DNA of 64,000 bases from Macrostomum lignano. Taxonomy: Eukaryota. The position numbers were made by a program, and so were the translations under genes. The DNA is taken from NCBI GenBank assembly GCA_002269645.1, contig NIVC01001176.1, positions 186,001-250,000 on the forward strand, written 5' to 3'. The notes under the pieces are model-generated. The model searched no databases and was not told the DNA's origin. It worked only from the letters and a program-made list of their open reading frames with translations. Positions 8,782 to 19,288 of this stretch are shown in pieces. Numbering within the stretch: the first letter of the stretch is position 1; each line of letters begins with the position of its first letter.

Positions 8782-11653
8782 GAAAAAACTGAGAAAGTTC
8801 AACCGGTCAGATGTAGCAAAGACGTTTTAGATCCCGAGGGGAAAAGGCGGACTGAAGTGGATCTTCTAGTGATTGGTAATTTACTAGAGGAGGCTCACTA
8901 TGTTTGGATTAAAGATCTTTCAAGACTCATTCACAAGCAGTTGAATAATCATCACGAGGCTGTTGCCATCTGCCGCTTGTGCCTTAAGCATTACAGTGGA
9001 CCTGAACGCTTTGAAAAGCTAACAGAGAATGAATTATCATGCAAGGATCACCCGACAAACTGCTCTCTTCCTTCAGCTGAAGAGAAGTATCTCCGTTTTA
9101 AGAACTATTACAAGATGGAGAAGCTCCCATTTGTTGTATATGCTGATTTCGAATGCTCAATCGTGCCAGAGACTCAAAAACAAACTCAAACTCAAAAACA
9201 TGTCCCCAATTCAGTAGCATATGCCTTTATTAATACAAAAGGACTTGTTGAGTCTAATTATTTCTTTGGAGAGCAGTGCGTGGAGCAGTTTATTGCCAGA
9301 ATGTTAGAGTTGCAAAGAGTAATTAGCACCCTTCAACCTGTTCCAATAAGTATGTCTGAGGAGGATGAAAGCAATTTCCTATCAGCAACTCATTGCCACA
9401 TCTGCAGGAAACAGTTAACTTGCACTGATTTTAAAAACCCCACCGTTAGGGACCACTGCCATTTTACTGGGAAATTTAGAGGTGCAGCGCATAACACCTG
9501 TAATCTAAAGCTAAAATCGAACATTCATGATCTAACAATATTTTGTCACAACGCAAAGAACTATGACATGCATTTAATAGTTGAAAAAATCGGCATGATT
9601 CCAGACATACACCTTGATTGCATCGCAGAGAACAAGGAGAAGTTTAAGTGTGTTGATATTAAACAGGATAATTCGGGTACAGGTAAAATAAGACTGAAGG
9701 ATTCATATCAATTTCTAGCTGCCAGTCTAGACGAACTAAGCAAGAATCTAAAAGATGAACAATGTACATATACAAAGATGTATGTAATTAAAATTAACAA
9801 CACTGATGAATCATTAAAACTTTTAAGAAAGAAAGGCTTCTACCCCTATGAGAATATTACTGGGTATCATGTATTTGAAGAAGGTTTACCACCACAAGAA
9901 AAGTTCTTTTCAAACCTAACAGACTCTGAAATCTCTGACAAAGACTATGAGCACGTGAAGCATGTCTATAATTACTTTAATTGTCAAAACTTCTTCCAGT
10001 ATCACCTGCTTTACCTCTTCACAGATGTTTTTCTGCTGGCCGATGTGTTTGAAACCTTCAGATACACCTGGTACACAGCATATGGCCTCGATCCAGCACA
10101 TTATGTGTCTCTGCCTGCCACTAGCTGGGAATCTTTGCTTAAAATGAAATGGGATCAAGATCCAGATTGGTACATTGAACTTCTTACAGACATTGACACG
10201 TACAATTTTGTCGAATCGTCAAAGCGAGGGGGAATCTCAATTTGTGTTAACAGGTATGCAAAAGCAAACAATCCCTACATTGGATCTTACAATAAGGAGC
10301 AACCCTCAAACTACATTACTTACTTGGACGCTAATAATCTCTACGGGTGGGCGATGAGTCAAGATCTTCCAGTTAGAGATTTTCGATGGCTACCCTCATC
10401 ATAATTCAAATGGGACTTTTCATTGGCTGCCATTTATTAGGTTGATGTTTACATTCCACCAGAGCTTCACGACTATTTCTCTGACTTTCCACCCTTCCCA
10501 GAAAACATCAAGTGCCCGAAAATAATTGAAACTCCCAATGATAATAATGGAACTTGGCACCTGTCAGGAACAGAAAAAGAACATACAGAGAAACTAACAC
10601 AGAATCTAAACAACAAGACACGTTACAAAATCCATTACAAACTGCTTCAATATTTTATCTCACTTGGTTGCAGGGTCACCAAAGTTCACAGGGCTCTTAC
10701 ATTTACAGAGGAAGCGTGGATGAAACCCTACATTGATAAGAACACCCAGTTTAGGACCAAAGCAACCAATGACTTTGACAAGAACCTCTTTAAGTTGGCC
10801 AACAACTCTGTCTATGGCAAGACTCTTGAGAATGAGAGGAAAAGAACAAACCTGAAACTTGTTACCTCATCAGAGCCTGCTGTTATTCAGGCAAATATGT
10901 CAAAGCCAACATTCAAAGAACTCCATATCTTTAATAGCTACTTGGGTGTGATCATATTTTACAAAACCAAGGTGACGCTGCGCAAGCCGATCTATACAGG
11001 TGTCACTGTTCTCGACGAATCAAAACGTCTAATGTACCAGTTCTTGTATGGCATGAAGCAGCAGTACAAGGATAAAATGAAACTCTTGTACACTGACACA
11101 GACAGTTTTATTATGGACATTCAAACCGAAGACATTTATCAGGACATGCTGCAGCAAAAAGATTTGTTTGACTTGTCTGAGTATGATGAATCTTGCAGGA
11201 CACAGAATGGTGATCAAGTGTTTGACGCTACTAACAAGAAAGTGATTGGGAAAATGAAGGACGAGATTGCTGGTGACATAATCACTGAATTCATTGGGTT
11301 GAGAGCAAAGTCCTATTTTGTAAAATGTGAGTCGTCAGACCCAATTAAAAAATCAAAGGGAATTCCGAAACACGTGGTTAGGAAGGAAATTACTGAAGCT
11401 GAATACAGAGACGCCTTGAATTGCAACAGAAAGACATCACATGAGTTCTCAAAGCTACAATCCAAAAACCATATTATTCACACAATTCGGCAAAAGAAGA
11501 TTGGGCTGTCAGGTGCAGATAACAAGAGATTCATTTTTGATGACAATATCAACAGTCTACCGTTCGGGCACTGGAGGTTAGGTTTAGGAGGTGGAGATTG
11601 GGTTTAGGTTTAAGAGAAAGTTTAATAAATCTCATAAAAAATGACATAAAAAA

Positions 11654-12052
11654 ATGACGACAAATAACTTTCTTAAAGATTTGGCTAACGAACTGGAAAT
11701 CCCAAACTTTAGAGGAATATTTATGAGGGACACTCTGCCTGATTTTCCTCTAAGAAAAGAATGCGGCATCATGAACTTTGACACCACTGATAAGCCAGGA
11801 TCTCATTGGGTTTGCTGGGTGATTGATCCCGATCGCAAGCACAAGTGTTATTACTTCGATAGCTATGGGACGGCAGTACCAGAAGAGCTAAGAAATTATA
11901 TGAAGGGAAAAAATAATAAAAAAATTTACAACTCAGACTTTATTCTCCAAGGTCTTAGCAGTGATATTTGCGGTGAGCTGTGCATGACTGTTTTGTATGC
12001 AATGACCAAAACACGAAAGACCTACAAGGAAATTATTCTTGGCTGTGTTTAA
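11654..12052 (+). CDS. Adenain-like cysteine (maturation) protease
   Basis: GSHWV (His), YFDSYG (Asp), LQ....CGELC (Gln/Cys); intact 132-aa ORF. Confidence 0.92.
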   Translation: MTTNNFLKDLANELEIPNFRGIFMRDTLPDFPLRKECGIMNFDTTDKPGSHWVCWVIDPDRKHKCYYFDSYGTAVPEELRNYMKGKNNKKIYNSDFILQGLSSDICGELCMTVLYAMTKTRKTYKEIILGCV

Positions 12053-12728
12053 TAAGGGTTCATTGTGCATTTCTCACCGTCCTTCTCGCCGAATTTCTTG
12101 CCGACTTTCTTTCCACATAATGTTGAAAAACTTTCTCGAGTTCATTTCTCAGCTGACTCATATCATCAGTACCGACCATGTTCAAGTTCATTCGAATTGT
12201 TTGTTCATAAAGATCCTGAATGGTTTTGAACTTATCCTCTGAAATGAACTTATCCTCGATTGCCCTTGAAATGTACCCTATGATTGAAGTGTGAACCCCT
12301 TTCTCTTTTACTTGCTTCTCCTGTAGCTGCTTTAGTTTTTTTCGCCTGTTTCGCGCTAATGCTCCAGTAATTGCTCAAATAAGTCCACATGCAGCACCCA
12401 CAGAGCCGAGCGGTATTGCGATTGGGACTGTGATGGCTGGCAACACTGAGACAGCTGCAGCAGACCCAGTTAGAACAGACACAGATCCTAGAAGCATATT
12501 GCTGTAGTTGAAAAATTTACAGTGGTTGTCATAGCGCTTAATTTTCTTTGTGTTGTGGAAAATATTTTTTTCAAGATCATCGCGCATTTTTTGAATCTCC
12601 ACCAGTCGAAACTGTTGAGAGTTACAAGTAATGACAGGGTAGAGTTTTTGTTGCTCATATTGAGGTGCACTAGGTGCTGTGGGAGCTGTGGGAGCGTTCT
12701 GATCATAAAGAGAATTTTGAGCATCCAT
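12049..12728 (-). pseudogene. GasderminX-like Polinton membrane protein, in-frame TGA plus a frameshift
   Basis: N-terminal PTAP/PSAP/LYP, QFRLVEI coiled segment, two hydrophobic helices, then (shifted frame) ISRAIEDKFISEDKF. Confidence 0.65.
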
Positions 12729-12838
12729 TTTTTAAGGAAATTTTTAAAAAAATATTCGACTACTAGTTGGTGGTGTTAGATTTGTTTTACGTTGATTGCT
12801 TCGTCTGCAGTGACGGCAACGGGTCTCTTCGAATTTGC

Positions 12839-14197
12839 CTATTCATTGTCTGTGAGCTCCATTCTACGCCTGATCTCAAACAAGTCGGTTGGATCACTTA
12901 TTTCCCTTGTGGTCTGTGGTGCCTCTTCAGCGTCAATGTTTTTGAGATTATGCAAGCGTTCAAGACGACCGATTCTTCTCACCGATTTCTGCCATTCGGT
13001 AAAAACTAAATCTACAAAGACTTTATTTGCAGTAATTCTTACTTTGATTTGATCATGCAACGCTGTTGACTGAGTCATGAACTCTACTAAATTCCTCACT
13101 TTACATGTGTTGGTTGCGACGTTTTCTTTAATTCTATCTTGCAACGCTATTGACTGGTTCATGAACTCTTCTAAATTATTTACTTTAGCTGTGTTTGTGA
13201 AAACTCCTCCTTCAAGAATACGCATCCGTCTATCAGTGGAATTTCCCAGAAGATTAACTGTCGATCTCAAGCCGTTGATTTGCGAGACCGCCGAAGTTAC
13301 TTCTGACCTTAGTCTTTGTTGAGGTGTGAAAACTCTTTGCTTGATTCTGTTCATTCGATCTGGAGAGTATTGTTCTAAGTGTTGCCAGTCTGTTGGGTGA
13401 TCATTTTTATATTTAGCTACTTGAGTCGGATCTGCATTTTCCAGTTGCCTGAGTACTTGTTCTTCTGTGAAATGTTGCTGCTGTTGTGGCGGTTGCTGTT
13501 GTTGCTGTTGTTGTTGTGGTTGTTGTCTTATGACCTCTTCCTGATCCGGCAAACCAAACCATTGTTTAAAGTATTTGTATTTTCTAAATCTGTTCAAGAC
13601 AATCCCGTTTTCATGTAAAATTTTCAAAACACCGTTGTTCTTGAGCATATCTATATCCCTATCGAGAGCTAAGGTAACAAGATCTTTGTAATTTTTGAGC
13701 TGCTTTTTAGACGTATTCTCTAGATTTTTAGTCATGTAATCAAGTAAAGTTTGAGTGAACTGGATTCTTTTAGTTTTTGCGCCTTTATTGATTGAAATGT
13801 TTTCCTTTGTCACTTCAATGTTGTAATCCGCCGGTTCCCCGGTAATATTTTTTCGCCAGGCGCTAATTCCAAAAATATATTTTCCATCATCCAATACTAG
13901 GCCAAAAAAGTTATCCGTCACTTTCATCTGCACCGGTTGTGCTTCTGGTTGTCCTGGTGAAGATGGGATTTTACCCAATGTGTTTTGCAAGTGGCTCTCT
14001 TGAATATCATCAACTGCTTCCTTCACAGTGTCGAGGTTTTTCTTCGCTTCTGTGTATCCGGGTTTGTGAAATTCGGTGGCTGCTTGGACAAACTCATTGT
14101 AGGATTGTTGTTCTTTGTTGATTAGCCCGGTAACTCGTTTCTCTGCTTGTGCTAGCTTCTCCAATTCAGATATCTGCTGTGTACTTTTTCGCTTCAT
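12839..14197 (-). CDS. Polinton-associated protein of unknown function (452 aa; poly-Q, internal 28-aa tandem repeat)
   Basis: Long intact ORF, divergent from the major capsid; a homologous copy occurs at 33471-33935. Confidence 0.75.
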   Translation of the reverse strand: MKRKSTQQISELEKLAQAEKRVTGLINKEQQSYNEFVQAATEFHKPGYTEAKKNLDTVKEAVDDIQESHLQNTLGKIPSSPGQPEAQPVQMKVTDNFFGLVLDDGKYIFGISAWRKNITGEPADYNIEVTKENISINKGAKTKRIQFTQTLLDYMTKNLENTSKKQLKNYKDLVTLALDRDIDMLKNNGVLKILHENGIVLNRFRKYKYFKQWFGLPDQEEVIRQQPQQQQQQQQPPQQQQHFTEEQVLRQLENADPTQVAKYKNDHPTDWQHLEQYSPDRMNRIKQRVFTPQQRLRSEVTSAVSQINGLRSTVNLLGNSTDRRMRILEGGVFTNTAKVNNLEEFMNQSIALQDRIKENVATNTCKVRNLVEFMTQSTALHDQIKVRITANKVFVDLVFTEWQKSVRRIGRLERLHNLKNIDAEEAPQTTREISDPTDLFEIRRRMELTDNE

Positions 14198-14227
14198 TTC
14201 TTATTTTATTTTATTTTTAGTTAAAAA

Positions 14228-15523
14228 ATGAACGACCCACTGACACCAGTTTTCTACAAAATTAACAAGCCTATTTTGAGTGATGATAGCACAATCAAAG
14301 CGACTCAGGTAAGAGTTCCCAGTCAGGAAAATCAGAATGAAACTAGTCTTGGTCCTGGCCAAACACTGACATTTACATACAATGGATGTTCGTCTTTGGT
14401 CAGCGTCCACAGTCTAAGGAGCGGCTTCTATATGACGTTTCAATTCAAAACTAAAGGAGGCGCAGACGCCGCTCATGCTAATGATGATCTACACAATGCG
14501 GATGTCGCACTAACCAGTAATTTCTGGGCTTATATGTTCAAAGAGTTTAATGTGTCCAATGGAAGTACAGAGTTGGAAAGAATAGCAAACTTTGGTGTGG
14601 TCTATGATACCCAGTGCTTGATTGAGAACCCGGATTTTATTCAGATGGGGAGCGGTGCTGGATTCATCCCCAATGAACAGACAGGAGATGAGAATGACCC
14701 TGGTTACAAAAAGAGAAAGGAGAGATACAACTATGCTCTTGCTGGTGAGAACGATGCTGCTAAGAATCCGCTGTTTAGGTCTGTAGATATTTTTGTACCT
14801 TTGAGGTTTATGAGTGGTTTCTGTAATAGTTTCAATCGGTTGACAAGCAACTTTAGCTACACATTTAGAGTGACTAGAGATGATCGGAACAGAGGAATTT
14901 GGTCGGGGGCCAATCATACATCGATGGAGATTAAGCTAACTAGCGTGGAGCTGTACTTAGAAATTATTGAGCCCAAGACTGCACTCAAAGCTGAATACTT
15001 GAAGGCGATTGAGAAAGACATTGATGTTGCTTATACAGCTTATATGTGCAGAGATGAGCGGAATGACGCAAGACACAATATTTGCATTAAAGAAGGCTCC
15101 TGTAGCAATCCAAGGTACATTATTGTCACTATGAGGAATACAACTAATGTAGGTAGATATCTACATGGAAACATTCGATCGATTCAACATGAGATCAGTG
15201 ACAATTTATACCCTGCATTGCCACAAAATGGGAATTTCTCGGAGAACAAGATTAGTAAGTTTTACAATGAACTGTCGGACTTGGCTGTCAAAGAGAATAA
15301 CGGTATTGTTTTGACAACCTTGCAGTATAAAAAACTATATCCAATATTTGGTGTTGATGTGACTGCTAGACAAATGCCTACAGACAATAGCCCTGTTAAC
15401 ATTGTGACTAATATCGAGCGGAAAGAATTTGGTGCCGCAACGGCTGTTGATCTGTTTATTATCTATGCATTTGAGAGGAAGATCAAGGTCAATATGATCA
15501 ATAACTCGTCTAGTAAAGTTTGA
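14228..15523 (+). CDS. Major capsid protein (double jelly-roll, Polinton-type)
   Basis: 431 aa, beta-rich pattern; SVELYLEIIEP, PRYIIVT, LYP..P, YPIFGVDVT; directly upstream of the minor capsid gene. Confidence 0.82.
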   Translation: MNDPLTPVFYKINKPILSDDSTIKATQVRVPSQENQNETSLGPGQTLTFTYNGCSSLVSVHSLRSGFYMTFQFKTKGGADAAHANDDLHNADVALTSNFWAYMFKEFNVSNGSTELERIANFGVVYDTQCLIENPDFIQMGSGAGFIPNEQTGDENDPGYKKRKERYNYALAGENDAAKNPLFRSVDIFVPLRFMSGFCNSFNRLTSNFSYTFRVTRDDRNRGIWSGANHTSMEIKLTSVELYLEIIEPKTALKAEYLKAIEKDIDVAYTAYMCRDERNDARHNICIKEGSCSNPRYIIVTMRNTTNVGRYLHGNIRSIQHEISDNLYPALPQNGNFSENKISKFYNELSDLAVKENNGIVLTTLQYKKLYPIFGVDVTARQMPTDNSPVNIVTNIERKEFGAATAVDLFIIYAFERKIKVNMINNSSSKV

Positions 15524-15546
15524 ATAATTTTTTTTTCAATAAAAAA

Positions 15547-16404
15547 ATGGAAGCCATAGCCGAAAGACTGAACAACATTGTTTCACACTCTAAGGAGAGC
15601 ATTCCAATCACTGTAGCGGGTCGCATTACTGAGTCAAACGGAATCTTCATTCAAAAATTGGAGCAACCACTTCGTTTGGATCCCGAGGCGAATTACCACG
15701 TCTATCTCAATGATTTCACTGGGTGGTCAAATGTTCCCAATGTGACAGCGGAAAATAACAAGTTTTATTACAAATGGAAGCGTACTACAACAGAGGTTGT
15801 GATATTTCCTGTCAGCACACAGAGCGTGGATACTTATAATTACTTCTTGGAGAACGTCTTCACTAAACGAAAGCATTTTGAGATACCGGATGAAAGCAAA
15901 CCAGAAAATAAACTGTTCCCTGTTAGATTAACTTATGATCTAACTGTCATGAGAGTTGTCTTGCAAGTTCATAAGGACGCAGAGGTAGAGTTTAAAGATG
16001 GCACTTGGTATCGCGAGTTGGGATTTGAAAAGAGAGTTTATGGTGGCGCCACAGACCAAAGCCCGCCGCAGGCGCCTGGCACTGTTGCTGTGTCCCGGCT
16101 AATATCCGGTATGTACTTGGCGCCAAATATCGCTGACATTGTCAAAGGCTTGAATATATTAATTCGCAGCAATCTGAGCCATGATTGGATATTCAAAGGC
16201 AAACGAAGCAACATACTTTTTAACATTTCAAACTCTGTTGCTGGTGGCAAAATGCTTGTGCAAAAGCCAAACCCCGTGAAAAGAGTGATTCTGAGTAATA
16301 GAGAGATACATGAAATCATTCTGCAGTTTGAAACAGAGGATGGCGTTGGTGTCGATTTTATCGGGGAAGAGTTTGTGCTAACAATTATTATTGAGAGAAT
16401 GTGA
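15547..16404 (+). CDS. Minor capsid protein (penton, single jelly-roll)
   Basis: YHVYLNDFTGWSNVPNV, ILIRSNL..D, SNILFNI, EIILQFETEDG..VDF.GEE..LTI; ATG at 15547 after an A-run. Confidence 0.8.
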   Translation: MEAIAERLNNIVSHSKESIPITVAGRITESNGIFIQKLEQPLRLDPEANYHVYLNDFTGWSNVPNVTAENNKFYYKWKRTTTEVVIFPVSTQSVDTYNYFLENVFTKRKHFEIPDESKPENKLFPVRLTYDLTVMRVVLQVHKDAEVEFKDGTWYRELGFEKRVYGGATDQSPPQAPGTVAVSRLISGMYLAPNIADIVKGLNILIRSNLSHDWIFKGKRSNILFNISNSVAGGKMLVQKPNPVKRVILSNREIHEIILQFETEDGVGVDFIGEEFVLTIIIERM

Positions 16405-16514
16405 GTCGTCTTCGGGCTTGTAAAAGTACGATATAAGCCACCAGGTACAACCTTGTAGTTGGCTACTACAACTGCCTTATAACTTCAGCAAGGTTATAAT
16501 AGCTGTCAAAATCG

Positions 16515-16703
16515 TTAATGACTACTCCGTGTTTTTTTAAACCAGTTAGATTTAAGTGCTTGATTAATATTAGGGACCTTGATATCAACATCAGGCCAAT
16601 ATTTTCTCATGTATTCGCTGCATTCAAGTTTGCATTGGTACTTACTCTTGTAATTGGGCTCGTGCGCTTTGTAATAAGAACCTGGAGAGACAACTGGAAA
16701 CAT
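16515..16703 (-). CDS. Small unknown ORF in the right TIR (paralogue of 1649-1885)
   Basis: Same N-terminal ~55 aa with substitutions; different C-terminus. Confidence 0.5.
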   Translation of the reverse strand: MFPVVSPGSYYKAHEPNYKSKYQCKLECSEYMRKYWPDVDIKVPNINQALKSNWFKKTRSSH

Positions 16704-17164
16704 TTTTATTGAGAATTTAATTTTTTTAAAAGGTGAGGACCCTGCGCTGATGATTTAAAATCTTTGGGATCTGGTTTCGCCGCTTCGGATTGAATGTGGG
16801 CCCCATGGGGAGAAGAATGCAGATTTTTTTCTGATTGTTTCGAAGATGCTATGGGTGGATGTCAGTGGATTATGTCAGTGTCAGTGAGCATAACAGGTGT
16901 CCACTGTCTGATTCTGTCGGGGATAATATGGATGGATTTAATAGGATTATGTTCGAAGTTTTCAGAGCCAGTGCGACCCCTCCCCTTTTTCAAGATTCTG
17001 TCAGTGATAATATGGATGGATTTAGGTGGATTATGGAGGATGCTTTGTGAGCGAGTGCGACCCCCCTTTTTTTCTGATTCTGTCAGGGATAATATGGATG
17101 GATTTAGGTGGATTATGGAGGACGTGAAAAATTTTGTCCCAAAAGCCCCCTCATGCCTTCTACT
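16520..17164 (-). repeat. Right terminal inverted repeat of the Polinton (inner limit approximate)
   Basis: Reverse complement of the left TIR, with one extra internal sub-repeat unit (three copies of the motif instead of two). Confidence 0.92.
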
Positions 17165-17404
17165 CCATTGTAGTAAGCTTTTAGCCGATTTATGTGTTCC
17201 GCTGAGAAATTGCCTAAAGTAACGAAAGGAATGATATTAATAAGTTTTACTACGTAGACGTAGATTACGTATCTAATGTTCACTCTCTCACACACGCACG
17301 ATGTACATTTAATTTGCGTGACAAATGCAATGCAACATTTTCCTGACACAGGCACGCTTATCCTATAGGAAAGCCAAAAAGAGAGAAGGAACCTTACGTG
17401 TGCC

Positions 17405-19106
17405 TAAAAATCAGCGTCACTAAGACTGTCGCTGTCGTTTTCACCAAGCGCCGTAAGTGGGAGATGAAAAACCTCACTGTCTATGGCAGAAACATCCCCT
17501 TCAAGAAGGAGGTCAAATACCTCGGTGTGACGCTAACGCATGACCTGCGCTGGACGAAGCACCTTGATAACGTCATCGGTCGGGCAAAACGCTGCTTTGC
17601 CCAGCTGCGCAGAGCCATCGGGCCGACTTGGGGCCTCTCGCCTAGAACGGTCCGTTGGATTTATACCGGCATCATCCGGCCCAGTATCACATACGCGAGT
17701 CTCATCTGGACTAGCGTGCTGGAGCAGAAGGCCGCCCGTCAGCGGCTGTACCAGCTTCAGGGCAGCATTTGCCGTGCCATCACAGGTGCGTACCCGTCCA
17801 CCCCTTACGAGGGGCTGAACACTATCCTTAACCTACCTCCGCTTCACCTATTTATTAGGGCGGAGGCTATGAAGTCTGCCTCCCGGCTTATCAGAGATAA
17901 AACGTTAAATAACGCGCCCTCTGGCTTTATGCCAATGAAAACATTAATCCCGCATATGGACTTTGTCCGCCGCGACCTTAACAACATCCACATGGACCTG
18001 GGCAATGTGGATAGTCGACCTCCCGCCCTCAACATCAGGAGGGGCTTCAAGACCGCCATCCCTGGCCGAGACAACATTCCGCTGGATGTCGGTGTGAACC
18101 GGCGCAGCCAGGGCATTCACTGCTTCACCGACGGCTCGCTGTTCAACGGCCGCGCTGGAGCGGGTATTGCCATTTTCCACGAGGGTAAGATGCTTCTCCA
18201 GGAAAGTCTGCACCTCGGTGAGAACACCTCAGTTTTCCAAGCTGAAATTTGCGCCATTGAGCAGTGTGCCCAGCAACTGTTTCAGGCGAACATTAATAAT
18301 TTTGACATTAATTTCTACACTGATAGCCAAGCTGCTATTAAGGCCTTAACCACTGAGAATATCTCCGCTGCTACAGTATCTCAATGCCACCGCAGTGTGC
18401 AATCTCTCTCAGTCCTTAACAGGATTAGAATTATCTGGACACCAGGTCACAGCAACATCCTGGGCAACGAGCTCGCGGACTCTCTCGCCAAGGAGGGCAG
18501 CAACCCAGACGGCAACCACCGTCTGATGAGGCTACCCACCCCCAGGTCGCAAGTCACCCGCCATATCAACAGGTGGCTCCATCAGCAGCACCAGCTCCAC
18601 TGGAACAGCTGCACCGAGTACAGGCAGAGCCGCTCTGCCATGCCTAACCTGAACAGGAAAGTCTCTGATTATCTGATTTCGCTTAACAGAACCGACCTCA
18701 GGGAGATGTGCATGGTCCTAACCGGCCACGGATTCTTCCAGAGACATATATCGTTGCAAACCGGTTGCCCTCCCACCTGTCCCTTCTGTGGCATAGGAGA
18801 GGAGACCGCGGAGCATCACGTCACCTTCTGCCCTTACTTCAACAAGGCGCGGCACAAATACCTCGGCCACCCCCAGCGGATGGACGAGCTGACCACCGCG
18901 GACAATATCCGAGACCTCCGCGCCTTCGTCCGGGACTCCGGCCGGATGAGGGTCGCCGATGCCTCCACTGCGGACCTGCCGACTACTGGCGGGGACTGGG
19001 CGCACCCCCAAGGCTAATCCTTGTGCTCTTTTACCTTGGGGTTGCGATAGGGGCCTCGCGGCCTATTCGCGGCGCCTGCGCCCCCCGTCAGTAGTAAGTA
19101 AGTAAG
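17405..19106 (+). mobile_element. 5'-truncated non-LTR retrotransposon (LOA/Lian-like; RT end, RNase H, Zn knuckle)
   Basis: 10-bp TSD TACGTGTGCC (17395-17404, 19107-19116); (TAAG)n tail; ORF to 19017 with FTDGS, TDSQAA, WTPGH..I.GNE.AD, CPFC..ETAEH. Confidence 0.93.
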
Positions 19107-19263
19107 TACGTGTGCCATGTATCCTATACACCCCAGACCAGGCGCTGACCTTACGCTGCTGGAACACCTTCTTCGTCATCTGAAGTTGTTTGCAAATATG
19201 CTACCAATTTCTAAATAGAGCCGATGGAGTACCATCACATAGAGGGTACAAGGTGGGGAAATA

Positions 19264-19288
19264 TAGCATTTTGCAGTCAAGTTTGAAC
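19264..19288 (+). repeat. Isolated terminus of the Tc1/mariner-like family seen at 58923-59451
   Basis: TAGCATTTTGCAGTCAAGTTTGAAC identical to 58923-58947, preceded by TA. Confidence 0.6.

Larger units (their letters stand above)
5473..11607 (+). pseudogene. Protein-primed family B DNA polymerase (pPolB), interrupted by a LINE at 6502-8781, with frameshifts near 6260 and 10400-10440
   Basis: N-terminal GSGW..YDPL.ASSYIELP, OTU-like DNCC..W / HYVW; Exo I YADFEC; endonuclease-VII-like DHCHFTGKFRGAAHNTCN; Exo II HNAKNYD; motif A YLDANNLYG; motif B KLANNSVYGK; motif C YTDTDS. Confidence 0.96.
1269..17164. mobile_element. Polinton/Maverick (adintovirus-like endogenous dsDNA virus), decayed
   Basis: Starts AGTAGAAGGCATGAGGGGGC, ends GCCCCCTCATGCCTTCTACT; perfect 6-bp TSD CCATTG at 1263-1268 and 17165-17170; contains integrase, pPolB, protease and capsid genes. 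Confidence 0.96.
1178..19179 (-). pseudogene. Small spliced HMG-box-like gene destroyed by TE insertions (exons 19179-19110 and 17213-17171 + 1268-1178)
   Basis: Empty-site reconstruction with GT-AG sites and matching phases gives MTKKVFQQRKVSAWSGVYRIHGTRNFSAEHINRLKAYYNGLTDEEKANYASIANEQRSGPSVADLDRM. Confidence 0.6.

Noticed and set aside
6478-8792. Plus-strand ORFs inside the LINE, and the first ~29 aa of ORF 8695-10404
   Set aside because: Antisense shadows of the GC-rich RT/RNase H gene; the real pPolB sequence resumes at the TSD (8782).
3567-12377. Alternative genetic code or programmed readthrough to explain in-frame TAG (PLA2) and TGA (GasderminX-like)
   Set aside because: Two different stop codons are involved, the same element has several frameshifts, and intact genes end in TAA and TGA; ordinary decay is simpler.
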